A stretch of DNA of 64,000 bases from Desulfobacterales bacterium (GTDB taxonomy: Bacteria; Desulfobacterota; Desulfobacteria; Desulfobacterales; SKZT01): positions 5,687-69,686 of the forward strand of contig JAGYNR010000002.1 of the NCBI GenBank assembly GCA_018399715.1, read 5' to 3'. The notes below the pieces were generated by a model. The model was given only the letters and a program-made list of their open reading frames with translations. It made no database searches and was not told where the DNA came from. Of this stretch, positions 1-8,696 are shown in pieces; the stretch's first letter is position 1; the number at the start of each line of letters is the position of its first letter. A program made the translations under genes and the position numbers.

Positions 1-2
1 TT

Positions 3-593
3 TTTCTACCCATCTTTATTACGGACACCTTGTGGGCCTTTATGCTGGTGCCCCCCATGATGCAAGTTGCCGGTCTTCTCATCTCCCGCATTGAGACGCG
101 CACCATCCTGGCTGTTTACTATCTCCTTATCGCAACGGTCATGGCAACCTGGCTGAGTTCTATCCTGATTACCATGCAGGAAGAGATTCAGGTGGAAGAA
201 CTTTACACATTGGGCGCTGTTACCCTGGTTGTGCTGATTGTCGGCTTGGCTGTCAGCGCTGTCAGTGCCAAGAAAATCACGGCACCGGTGGTAACTCTCA
301 CAAATGTGGCTCGCCAGGTGGCGCATGGCGATTATTCCCATGTGAGCAAATTGACATCTATCCGAAACCGACCTGATGAACTGGGAACCATGGCTGCGGT
401 ATTTTCCGACATGGTCCGGTCTGTAGAAAAGCGGGAGGAAGAGCTCAAGCAAGAAGTTAAGACATTGAAAGTCCGGATTGACCGAAGCAAGCAGACTGCA
501 GACCTGGAAAAAATCACCGGATCGGACTATTTTAAACTGTTGAAGCAAAAAGCCGGGAATCTGCGTCGCAAAGCCTGTATGAATGATTCATGA
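3..593 (+). CDS. membrane sensor protein with HAMP linker, 3' part (5' end lies outside the window)
   Basis: The reading frame is open from nt 3, with no stop before the TTG at nt 30, so the gene starts upstream of the window. Hydrophobic TM segments (e.g. LVVLIVGLAVSAVSA) are followed by a HAMP-like segment (ITAPVVTLTNVARQVAHGDY...DELGTMAAVFSDMVRSV) and a charged coiled-coil tail. There is no output domain. The stop TGA at 591-593 overlaps the next ATG (ATGA). Confidence 0.7.
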   Translation, partial: FLPIFITDTLWAFMLVPPMMQVAGLLISRIETRTILAVYYLLIATVMATWLSSILITMQEEIQVEELYTLGAVTLVVLIVGLAVSAVSAKKITAPVVTLTNVARQVAHGDYSHVSKLTSIRNRPDELGTMAAVFSDMVRSVEKREEELKQEVKTLKVRIDRSKQTADLEKITGSDYFKLLKQKAGNLRRKACMNDS

Positions 594-3178
594 GGAGAAA
601 GAAACCGATGGAAGAAAGCGATAAAAAAAAGCAGATCGGATCTATTTTGGATAACCTCATGCGTTCTTCACGATTCAATAAGGAAGCAAAGGATCGGGAA
701 GTTCCCCATGGCCCGCAACTCACCTCCTTCGGTATTCCTTTAATCGAGCAAAGTGACGGCCGCTATCTGATTGACATGACAGCTATGCGGGTTTTCTCAG
801 GGCTTCCCGGTTTTGTCAGCTCATTGGCCAAGCAGGTTATGGAGCATTGCCGTCATTCGTCCGTAGACATTCTCACCCGCACGATGGTAGATGCTGAAAA
901 CACGCCTGAACTAGCTGCTCTCGGCGTTTCCTATGTGGTTGTCTATGCCCGGGGTTCTGTTGCCCGTCATCTTCTTGAAAATCAGGATGCGTTTACGCGT
1001 CATCTTCGGCTGGTCTTTGATGCGGTGCAAACGCCTCGATGGGGCGGCCTCCTTTTTCCGGGGGCTTTTGAAATAGAGAAGGATACCTCCTGCGAGCAGC
1101 CGGACCGAAACGAAGGGCTGGCCATGCTGTTCCCTTTCCATACCCTTCGTGAAGGTGCCCACAGCTATTTCATTTTACTCGAGTATGACCGTACCGGTCG
1201 TTTTCTGCGCCTTACCATAGAAGATGGTGTCCAGTCCCGATTGTTCTTAAAACGAATCCCTCATCGGGTCGTCAACGAGGTAGGACGTCAGCATTACCGG
1301 CAAGATATTGCCATCATGGCCGAACAGATTTTCACTGGTATCCACAGGGAATGCCAGAATCAGCATAATGAATACATTGAAATTCCAGGGCGCCAGGCAG
1401 CTCTTTTCGAACTTCTCATCGCCTCGGGACTTAAAAACGTAACCGGTGTTGTCTTCAGATGGACACAGGAAACATCGGAAATGCTTCTTTTAAGGCAAGA
1501 TTCAAGGTTCTCCCTTCTTCTTTCAAAAATTCTTCTATTGCTGGAAGATGAAGGGTTAGTGCGCATACTGGCTGCGGGCAACAATCTTGAGATGACCGAT
1601 GCCCATAATCGTATCTACATGGACCTGTCGCGAAAAGGAGTCATGCTCAACATCAGTATAGGCGAGCCCCGTCAGCAGCCGGATATGGCTGCTCACCTGA
1701 GACGGCTGCCCCGACTCCTGGAGACCCAGACGGCTATGAAATCTGGCATCCTCGAAAATTATCGAATCTTTCTGGTTCACCACGCCACATCTGAGGTTCT
1801 TGGTTTCATCAAAGCCCTGGACGCCTCTGGATGCGGATTTCTGACTACCCTCTTTATCCGCTACCAGGGCATTGTCCCGGACTTTCACCTGGAAGACATG
1901 CTGAGCTTGTCTGACCGGCGCTTTCGATTCCATGCGCTCCAGCGCATTGAGCTTCGGGATTCGGTTGAGGGTGCCTATATCCTTTCCCGCCAATATTCTT
2001 CACTTGACAGGTTAAAAAATCTGGATAAATCCCTGCGGGATCTGCGCGGCAACTACGTAGACGCCATGCGATTTACGGCCGGACATCTTTTTTTCAGAGA
2101 GGCTATTGCAGCCCAAAAAGAAAACCGCAAACTCCTTCTTATCGAAGACGGTGGTTATCTGGCACCGGTCTTAAACCGTCTCTGTCATGAATCCCGATCC
2201 CTGGCCCATGCCCTGGAACGTTACGCTGTAGCGGTCTCTTCAGACCTTAATGTGAATCTTCCTCTTAAAAAATGGCTTGACCGATTGCTTCCCGCCACAT
2301 TCGAACATACTACTAACGGATATTATCAGTTGAAGGATACAGAAATGGCCTGCAATGGACTGGCTTTTCCTGCCCTGACCATTGCCACATCCCAATATAA
2401 GAACATTGTTGAGGCAGAGGCCTGTGCCTGTTCCATACTGAGTGCTATAGAGTCTATTTTTAACGGTCTTGGCAAAAGTATGCTCCACCGCAATGCGCTG
2501 GTCTTGGGCTCTCGTGGCAATATTGGCCGTTTCGTGATGAAAGCGCTGGTGGACCGGATCTCCTATGGAGCTGCTTGCGGCCTCGATATCCAAGCAACAA
2601 CACAATGCAGCAAAGGGTGGTGCGAGTTTTCTCATATTGGTCAATTGTCTGAAAAATTCTGGCAGCCCATGGACCTCTTTGTCGGTATTACCGGAGTGTC
2701 TGTGCTTCAGAGGGATTTTTTTGAACGGCTTTTATTGGAGGGATCGGCCCGGGATCTGTTTTTTGCCAGCGGTTCAACCAAGACCATCGAATTTGCAGAT
2801 CTGACTGCCTGGATTGAAGAACTTTCCAATGCCCTCCATCCCAACATCGGCGGATATCCGGTTACCCTGGAAAAACGACCCATCAAGGACCCCCAAAATC
2901 GTGTGTTACAGGGACATCACGTGCGAATCATTTTTAAAGAAAAAGGTGGTTGCCTCCCCAGGTTTGGGGGGCGACGCAAGGATCTGTACCTCTTGGGTGA
3001 TACCATGCCTATCAATTTTCTATATTACGGGGTTCCGGGTGAGGTGATTGACGGCGTTTTTGAAGAGTTGTACAGTTTGTTATGCGGCTTTGTCTTGCGG
3101 CATGAAAAGGGAGTTTTCTATAAGACGGGCATCTATGCAGTCGATAGAAACACGGACAAACATGGGAAGCCTTATTAA
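590..3178 (+). CDS. large cytoplasmic protein: uncharacterised N-terminal half plus divergent S-adenosylhomocysteine-hydrolase-like two-lobe Rossmann C-terminal half
   Basis: An 862-aa ORF with only short shadow ORFs on other frames. The ATG overlaps the upstream stop; an alternative start is Met7 at nt 608, preceded by AGGAG. C-terminal motifs are collinear with AdoHcy hydrolase: [70 protein letters not shown]. Confidence 0.75.
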   Translation: [862 protein letters not shown]

Positions 3179-3223
3179 ATCGTCAGGATTTTGATAGCTG
3201 ACAAGAAGTTGAATCCCAACACA

Positions 3224-3835
3224 ATGGAAAAGTGTATCATGATCAAATTTACTTCCCGGTTGGTTTTTGCAGGGTTCATAGTGATGCTCGTTTGGGGATG
3301 CAGCATTACGGGAAAAAGACAACTTTTGACAGCCGATCAGGTGATTCGTAGGTTAGCCCTTGAGCCCATGTCCGATAACGCTTGTCCGGGATTTTATAAG
3401 CCTACCTATCAATCGGGCATTCAGGCGGATATGGAAAAGGACCGGCCTGCGGCTTCTCTTATCTATTATCTCATGACACAAAATGTCCCCATTGATCCCT
3501 GGCATATCCTCACATCCGATGAAATTCTCCTGTATCATGCAGGAGCACCCATGATCCAGATGCTGCTGTATCCGGATGGAACATGGGAAGAAGTGATTCT
3601 GGGACCCGATGTGGACAAGGGACAGGTTTGCCAAAAAGTGATTCCTGCGGGCACCTGGATGGGGTTTGTCAAGAGGGAAACTCCGGAATATACCTGGGGA
3701 CTTTACGGGGTGATGGTAGTGCCGGGCTGGCATATCGATGACATTCGGATGATTCGAAATGTCCGGGAGCTTGAATTTTTAAAGAAAAAATTTCCGACTG
3801 CTGTCCCACGCGGCGACGAACTGGGGCTTTTCTGA
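3224..3835 (+). CDS. cupin-fold protein (DUF985/cupin_5-like) with lipoprotein-type signal peptide
   Basis: Cupin_5-like core: LIYYLMTQ...WHILTSDEILLYHAGAPM...VIPAGTWMGF...GVMVVPGWHIDD. N-terminus MIKFTSRLVFAGFIVMLVWGCS has a basic n-region, a hydrophobic core and Cys after VWG. The start is ambiguous (ATG 3224 or ATG 3239; the ORF track used TTG 3191). Confidence 0.7.
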   Translation: MEKCIMIKFTSRLVFAGFIVMLVWGCSITGKRQLLTADQVIRRLALEPMSDNACPGFYKPTYQSGIQADMEKDRPAASLIYYLMTQNVPIDPWHILTSDEILLYHAGAPMIQMLLYPDGTWEEVILGPDVDKGQVCQKVIPAGTWMGFVKRETPEYTWGLYGVMVVPGWHIDDIRMIRNVRELEFLKKKFPTAVPRGDELGLF

Positions 3836-3933
3836 TCCGCCGGTATAAAAAACCTTTTTATTGCCTAAACTGAAAAACTCTTCAAGGAAAGCCCTCCAGC
3901 TTTAATAAAGGCAGGATGTTCATCACGGCATGA

Positions 3934-4215
3934 TTAAGTGATCTCAAAAACAGCTTCACCGATACGTTGATTTTTGCATACAGGACATCGACCCGGTTTT
4001 GAAAACTGCTTCCGGTTTTTAAATATATAGCCGCACTTAACACAGTAATAGGGTATCACTTTCAACCGCTTACCATTTGCCTTTACTGTTTTATCAATAT
4101 GAAAGAGATGATCATATACTTCTTTTTCTTTTATCCGAAGCAGTTGACTGATTTCTTCGCAGGTAGATGGCGTTTCCATCAAATGTTCAATGATTTTTTT
4201 TCTAATCGTTTTCAT
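3934..4215 (-). CDS. small putative transcriptional regulator, N-terminal HTH plus C-terminal zinc ribbon
   Basis: A 93-aa ORF. It has a winged-helix-like N-terminus (EHLMETPSTCEEISQLLRIKEKEVYDHL) and two CxxC pairs (CVKCG...CPVCK) typical of a Zn ribbon. Confidence 0.6.
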   Translation of the reverse strand: MKTIRKKIIEHLMETPSTCEEISQLLRIKEKEVYDHLFHIDKTVKANGKRLKVIPYYCVKCGYIFKNRKQFSKPGRCPVCKNQRIGEAVFEIT

Positions 4216-4240
4216 TGCGATCAGTTTTTATTTTTTAATG

Positions 4241-4276
4241 ATAACAAAAAAGGGAATGCCTTTTAAAGCATTCCCT
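4241..4276 (-). terminator. intrinsic terminator downstream of the 4302-4640 gene
   Basis: A 9-bp perfect stem AGGGAATGC (4251-4259) / GCATTCCCT (4268-4276) with an 8-nt loop. On the minus strand it is followed by TTTTTGTTAT (4241-4250). Confidence 0.7.
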
Positions 4277-4301
4277 TAAGGTTTATTATATTTTCAGGTT
4301 G

Positions 4302-4640
4302 CTATTTCGATTCCACTTCTTTTTCCAGCAATTTTTTATACCACTGAGAAAATTCATACATTCCAATAAAGCGATCATCGTTATTGATAATACCCACAGC
4401 TATTTCCAAAACTCCCCGACTATACGCACTGGTGTATTTTTCATCGCTTTTGCTTTGAAGAAACTCCATTACCAGCATTTGACTGGTTCTTTTGGATGGA
4501 TCACGCCGAATATCTATTGGATCTTTGGGTTCCTGAAACGGATCCCAGAATTCATAACCTTTTTTTAAAATATGCTTTTGTCGTCGTGGAGACATGGCGT
4601 CAAAAATTGCGCGTTTTTTAATTTTTTCCTCATTTATCAT
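4302..4640 (-). CDS. hypothetical protein
   Basis: A 112-aa ORF that overlaps the stop of the upstream YkgJ-like gene by 11 nt and is followed by a clean terminator. I recognise no family. Confidence 0.5.
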   Translation of the reverse strand: MINEEKIKKRAIFDAMSPRRQKHILKKGYEFWDPFQEPKDPIDIRRDPSKRTSQMLVMEFLQSKSDEKYTSAYSRGVLEIAVGIINNDDRFIGMYEFSQWYKKLLEKEVESK

Positions 4641-5328
4641 TTCCAGTCGTCCTTTTCTTATTTTCCGAATCCGAATCTTTATTTCCGGATATGCCTAAAT
4701 ATTCCTCATCATAGGTTGTTAACAGAGCGGTAGAAAGTGGAACCAACATTTCGGGCAAACCATAATATTTTGATCCGATTGTGGTAACCAGCTCCTGAGA
4801 AATTTTTAACATTGCTTTATGAAAAACATCCATATTCGCCGTCGGATAATTTTTTCCCTCCTCAAATCCGGATAGTCCACAGGTATGGCCGCGTCCCCCG
4901 ATTGCGGTAGGTATCCCATAAAGACGGCAGGTAATCGGTCGATATTCATAAAGGTCACACCGATGGGAATCATTTAAAAGAGGGCATCTAACACGCACTT
5001 CGGCCATCTCATTTAAAATTTGATCTTCGTCTTTTCCCTCTTGTTGTTCTTTAAATGCTTTCTTTTTAAGCTTATAAATCTGACGATCAATCGAGTTGAT
5101 TTTTTCCAGATACGCTTCCAATTCAGCGCCCTGGTATTTTTCTCTAAATTTATGATTAATATAGATAGCTTCTACTAACCCTATGTCAAACAGTGCGTGG
5201 CAGCAATCTGAACATCCTTCGACGCATTTTACGCATTCTGGATAATCTTTTTTTACCTGCTCGAAAATTTTATCGGAAGCCTGGACCAAGGTTTCATATT
5301 TTTTAAAAAAGATTTCAAAATCTATCAT
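4630..5328 (-). CDS. YkgJ-family (UPF0153) cysteine-cluster protein
   Basis: N-terminal CVKCVEGCSDCCH cluster plus a second Cys group (RCPLL...HRCDLYEYRPITCRLYG), characteristic of the YkgJ/UPF0153 zinc- or iron-chelating family. The SD GGAGGA lies upstream of the ATG. Confidence 0.75.
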   Translation of the reverse strand: MIDFEIFFKKYETLVQASDKIFEQVKKDYPECVKCVEGCSDCCHALFDIGLVEAIYINHKFREKYQGAELEAYLEKINSIDRQIYKLKKKAFKEQQEGKDEDQILNEMAEVRVRCPLLNDSHRCDLYEYRPITCRLYGIPTAIGGRGHTCGLSGFEEGKNYPTANMDVFHKAMLKISQELVTTIGSKYYGLPEMLVPLSTALLTTYDEEYLGISGNKDSDSENKKRTTGNDK

Positions 5329-5350
5329 ATATCATATCCTCCAATATTAT

Positions 5351-5390
5351 CAAAAAAACAAAAAAATAATGTTTCACGTGAAACATTATT
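5351..5390 (-). terminator. intrinsic terminator of mnmE
   Basis: A perfect 26-nt palindrome AATAATGTTTCAC|GTGAAACATTATT (5365-5390) overlaps the mnmE stop codon. On the minus strand it is followed by TTTTTGTTTTTTTG (5351-5364). Confidence 0.75.
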
Positions 5391-6810
5391 TTCCGACACA
5401 AAACGTTGAAAAGATAGTATCCAGTAAATCCCCGTGATAATGGTTTCCTGTAATTTCATCTATTTTTTGACGACCTTCCTTAAAATCCATGGCAATCAGT
5501 TCAAGGGGTATCCCGTTTTCATACCCTGTAATGGCTTGTGACAAATATGTGCAGGCATCCTTCAGGCATTTTTTTTGGCGTAGAGTTGAAATCAGGTAGT
5601 TTTCTTGTTCGGAGACATCATCTAACATTACCGTTTTTATCATTTCATTCCGAATTTCTTCTATCCCCAATCCTGTCAGCGCTGAAACCTTAATTCCTGA
5701 ATTTTTGAATGTATCAAATGTAACTGTATTACTGCTCACCAAATCACATTTGTTTTGTACCCAAATAATCGTTTTATTTTTGATAAGTTCATATATTTTG
5801 TAATCCGCTTCATCATTTTCACGTGAACTATCCGTCACAAAAATAACGATGTCTGCCTTTTCAATCGCCTCTTGGGATTTGATTATTCCCAATTTTTCAA
5901 TTGTATTTCGGGTAGAATGAATACCGGCCGTATCAACCAGATTCATGATGATGCCATTTATATCGATCGATTCCGATACAATATCACGAGTTGTACCTGG
6001 ATATTCACTAACAATGGCACGCTCTTTTTGAATTAACCGATTTAAAATACTCGATTTGCCGACATTGGGTTTTCCAACAATAGCTACCTGAACACCCTCT
6101 TTATACATAATCGCCGTTTTTGATCCGTTTACGAGATCTGTTATCGGTTCGAGTATGTTTTTCCGCCACTGGTGAGAAACATTGTTTTCCAACAAACAAT
6201 CATTATTTTCCACTTCAATAAAATCGATTCCCATTTCAATGACGGCCATGGCTTGCTCGATATTTTCTCTGATCTGATGCAGCAGGTGTTTTAGTTCACC
6301 GGTTATCTGCTTTGCAGCGATTTCTCTTGCTTTGTGGCACCTGGCATTAATAATATCCATCACGGCTTCTGCCTGTGTCAGATCTATTCTTCCGTTTAAA
6401 AACGCCCTTTTGGTAAATTCTCCCGGCTGAGCCATGTTGGCGCCCTCTTGCAGGGTGATATCCAGTATATCGTTTAATATTCCCTGATTCGAATGCGCAT
6501 GAATTTCAACAACATCTTCCCTTGTATAGGTTTTCGGACCCACCATTGGACAAATCAGGACTTCATCGATAATCTGGTTAAGATGTTTGTTTATAATATA
6601 CCCATGGATCATTCGATGAGAATCCTTTCGTCCAAATGAGACTTTTGGATCTCTGTTTGTACGGTTTTTAATAAATATTTCCTGTGCAATATCTATTGCA
6701 TGCACACCGCTAATCCTTACAATCCCAATGCCCCCCTTTCCGGGCGGTGTCGCAATGGCAACAATGGTATCCCCTTCCGGTATATTGTTTTTTTTGATTT
6801 CCCCTTCCAT
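5386..6810 (-). CDS. mnmE: tRNA modification GTPase MnmE
   Basis: N-terminal DTIVAIATPPGKGGIGIVRISG, G-domain GKPNVGKSS / DTAG / NKCD, and the C-terminal FCVGK motif. I chose the start at ATG 6808-6810 (MEGEIKK...). The longer ORF to 6894 would read into a repeat element. Confidence 0.93.
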   Translation of the reverse strand: MEGEIKKNNIPEGDTIVAIATPPGKGGIGIVRISGVHAIDIAQEIFIKNRTNRDPKVSFGRKDSHRMIHGYIINKHLNQIIDEVLICPMVGPKTYTREDVVEIHAHSNQGILNDILDITLQEGANMAQPGEFTKRAFLNGRIDLTQAEAVMDIINARCHKAREIAAKQITGELKHLLHQIRENIEQAMAVIEMGIDFIEVENNDCLLENNVSHQWRKNILEPITDLVNGSKTAIMYKEGVQVAIVGKPNVGKSSILNRLIQKERAIVSEYPGTTRDIVSESIDINGIIMNLVDTAGIHSTRNTIEKLGIIKSQEAIEKADIVIFVTDSSRENDEADYKIYELIKNKTIIWVQNKCDLVSSNTVTFDTFKNSGIKVSALTGLGIEEIRNEMIKTVMLDDVSEQENYLISTLRQKKCLKDACTYLSQAITGYENGIPLELIAMDFKEGRQKIDEITGNHYHGDLLDTIFSTFCVGK

Positions 6811-6845
6811 TTTGGCTATTACAACAACAGCATTGATGATAACTT

Positions 6846-6986
6846 GTGCCTGAACGAAAACGGTCTTTTTCGCCAATATCTGTGTCAGACTCAAATTTTA
6901 ATCCTCGAAATACTCAATGTATGTCTGTGGTTAAAATTTTCGTCTTCCTTGATCTTAACGAAAAATCTTAATTTCGTTCGGGCACT
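6846..6986 (-). mobile_element. MITE-like repeat, family 1, long form (copy B)
   Basis: The reverse complement is nearly identical to 51351-51493. The 94-nt core AAGATCAAGG...GGCGAAAAAGAC is identical by my hand comparison. Its termini AGTGCCCGAACGAAA / TTTCGTTCAGGCAC are inverted repeats. It has no ORF of its own. Confidence 0.75.
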
Positions 6987-6988
6987 AT

Positions 6989-7948
6989 TTAATGGGATTC
7001 AATTTTTTTGAATACCTGGATATTATAATAGGCATCATTTGATAAATCGCCATATGTATCCAGGTGATGATACATATTTTTAACTATATCCGTTATATTT
7101 TCTTTTGGCAAGTAACCCAGATAGGTTTTCGCTTTATTAAAGTTGACCTTATAATTTCGTAGATCTTGCCTGTTCAGCAATTCAATTTGAATTTTTTGTC
7201 CTGTCAATACCGACATATCATCCCGTACATTATCACCTACCTGGCCGACAGTATAATTGTCTGATGCAACATTAAATATACCACCGATAGAATAATTGGC
7301 CTGAACAGCTCTTAAATATGCCCGTACGGCATCATTGATGGAAAGGATCGGCCTCCATATGGAAGGGTTGTTCACAATAATTTTTCCTTTACTGAAAGCA
7401 TCCCGGAACATCGTATTAACAATTAAATCAAATCGCATTCTTGGGCTATGACCGCAGACTGTTCCCTGCCGAAGGCTGATCACTGAGAAATTTTTGTCAG
7501 CCAATTCCAATGCGCCAAATTCTCCCTGAAGCTTTGAAATACCATATGGATAAGAGCTTATCGCAGGTGAATTCTCATCATATAGTTTATCAACGGTATA
7601 GCCGTAAACAGAACATGATGAAGCGTAGATAAATCGTTTGACCCCTGCCAGTTTGGCAATGTAGGCGATATAAGAGGGTAGGGCGCCGTTGTAGACAAAA
7701 TTTTTAGAAGGCGAATACTCCGCCATGGGATCGTTTGAAAGGCCGGCCAGAAAGATTACCTGGTCAAAGCCTTCCATATCTTTTTTTTCGCATTTAAAAA
7801 GGTCCTTTTGAATTACCTTGACACCTGCCTGCAGATAATTGCCAAACCAAAGTAAATCAATTACCACCACCTCATATCCGTGATCCAATAATTCGGGTAC
7901 AAGTGCCGATCCGATATAACCGGCACCTCCGGCAACCAAAATTTTCAA
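6989..7948 (-). CDS. NAD-dependent epimerase/dehydratase (extended SDR)
   Basis: KILVAGGAGYIGS Rossmann motif and a YxxxK-type centre (YGISK). I chose the start at TTG 7946-7948, 7 nt after AAAGGAGG. The longer ORF to 8032 would overlap the upstream gene by 71 nt. Confidence 0.85.
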   Translation of the reverse strand: MKILVAGGAGYIGSALVPELLDHGYEVVVIDLLWFGNYLQAGVKVIQKDLFKCEKKDMEGFDQVIFLAGLSNDPMAEYSPSKNFVYNGALPSYIAYIAKLAGVKRFIYASSCSVYGYTVDKLYDENSPAISSYPYGISKLQGEFGALELADKNFSVISLRQGTVCGHSPRMRFDLIVNTMFRDAFSKGKIIVNNPSIWRPILSINDAVRAYLRAVQANYSIGGIFNVASDNYTVGQVGDNVRDDMSVLTGQKIQIELLNRQDLRNYKVNFNKAKTYLGYLPKENITDIVKNMYHHLDTYGDLSNDAYYNIQVFKKIESH

Positions 7949-7961
7949 TGGTAAACCTCCT

Positions 7962-8684
7962 TTAATGGTTTTGAATCCGAGAATTATATCGGCTACAATC
8001 CAATGATGTGTCCTTGGGTACCTTAAAATCAACTTTATTACGATAAAGTGGTTTTATTAGTTTATCGCCGGATAATTCTCTTGCGTATTCAAGTACGGTT
8101 TTACGGTTTCCACCAATATGTAAAATGCCTTTAATGTCCATATCAAGGAGTGAAACAATCTTTTTGGCAATTTTACCAACGCATTCCCGGCTTGTCCATT
8201 GATCAGCAAATGCTTTGTCATAAGGAAACGCATCAGGGCCGAAAGAAGTTCTGACAATCAGAGCATTTTCATATAACTGAACTGCACATTCACCGCCGAG
8301 TTTAGACCATGCATATTTATTAACCGGAAAGACCGGATCATCTTCTTTGTAATGCCCCTTATCGCCGTTAAAGACATAGTCGGTTGAGATATAGATGAGT
8401 TTGAGATGATATTGCATACACAGTTTTACGATATTGGCAGTGCCTATAATGTTGATCTGAATGGCTTTTTCAGGATCATTATCAATCCTGGGCGGAGACG
8501 TAAAAGCTGCTGCGTGGACAATCAGTTCAATTGACAGTTTCCTTAAAAAGTCTTTCATCTGATCGAAATTAGTAATGTCAAATTGCATTGATTCCGGAAA
8601 ATGAGCATCCGGCAGCAATTTTTGGATTTCTCTTCCCAGCAATCCACTACCACCTGTAAACAGAATTGTTTTTTGATCTATCAT
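7962..8684 (-). CDS. RmlD-like sugar-nucleotide reductase (dTDP-4-dehydrorhamnose reductase family)
   Basis: ILFTGGSGLLG Rossmann motif, STDYVFNG and YAWSK (YxxxK), typical of the RmlD substrate-binding family. Confidence 0.75.
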   Translation of the reverse strand: MIDQKTILFTGGSGLLGREIQKLLPDAHFPESMQFDITNFDQMKDFLRKLSIELIVHAAAFTSPPRIDNDPEKAIQINIIGTANIVKLCMQYHLKLIYISTDYVFNGDKGHYKEDDPVFPVNKYAWSKLGGECAVQLYENALIVRTSFGPDAFPYDKAFADQWTSRECVGKIAKKIVSLLDMDIKGILHIGGNRKTVLEYARELSGDKLIKPLYRNKVDFKVPKDTSLDCSRYNSRIQNH

Positions 8685-8696
8685 TGATGTTGCCTT

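Noticed and set aside
2565-3047. Alternative-frame ORFs (79 and 77 aa) inside the 862-aa gene.
   Set aside because: They are fully contained in the long ORF and show no independent signals.
6811-6894. N-terminal 28-aa extension of mnmE in the ORF track (ORF 5386-6894).
   Set aside because: The extension runs into the family 1 repeat element and has no MnmE-like sequence. The ATG at 6808-6810 gives the conserved MnmE N-terminus.
6700-7011. 103-aa plus-strand ORF.
   Set aside because: It is antisense to the mnmE 5' end and otherwise composed of the MITE-like repeat. It has no coding signature.
7949-8032. Long form of the epimerase ORF (start at 8032).
   Set aside because: It would overlap the upstream RmlD-like gene by 71 nt. 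A TTG preceded by AAAGGAGG at the right distance starts exactly at the Rossmann motif (MKILVAGGAGYIGS).
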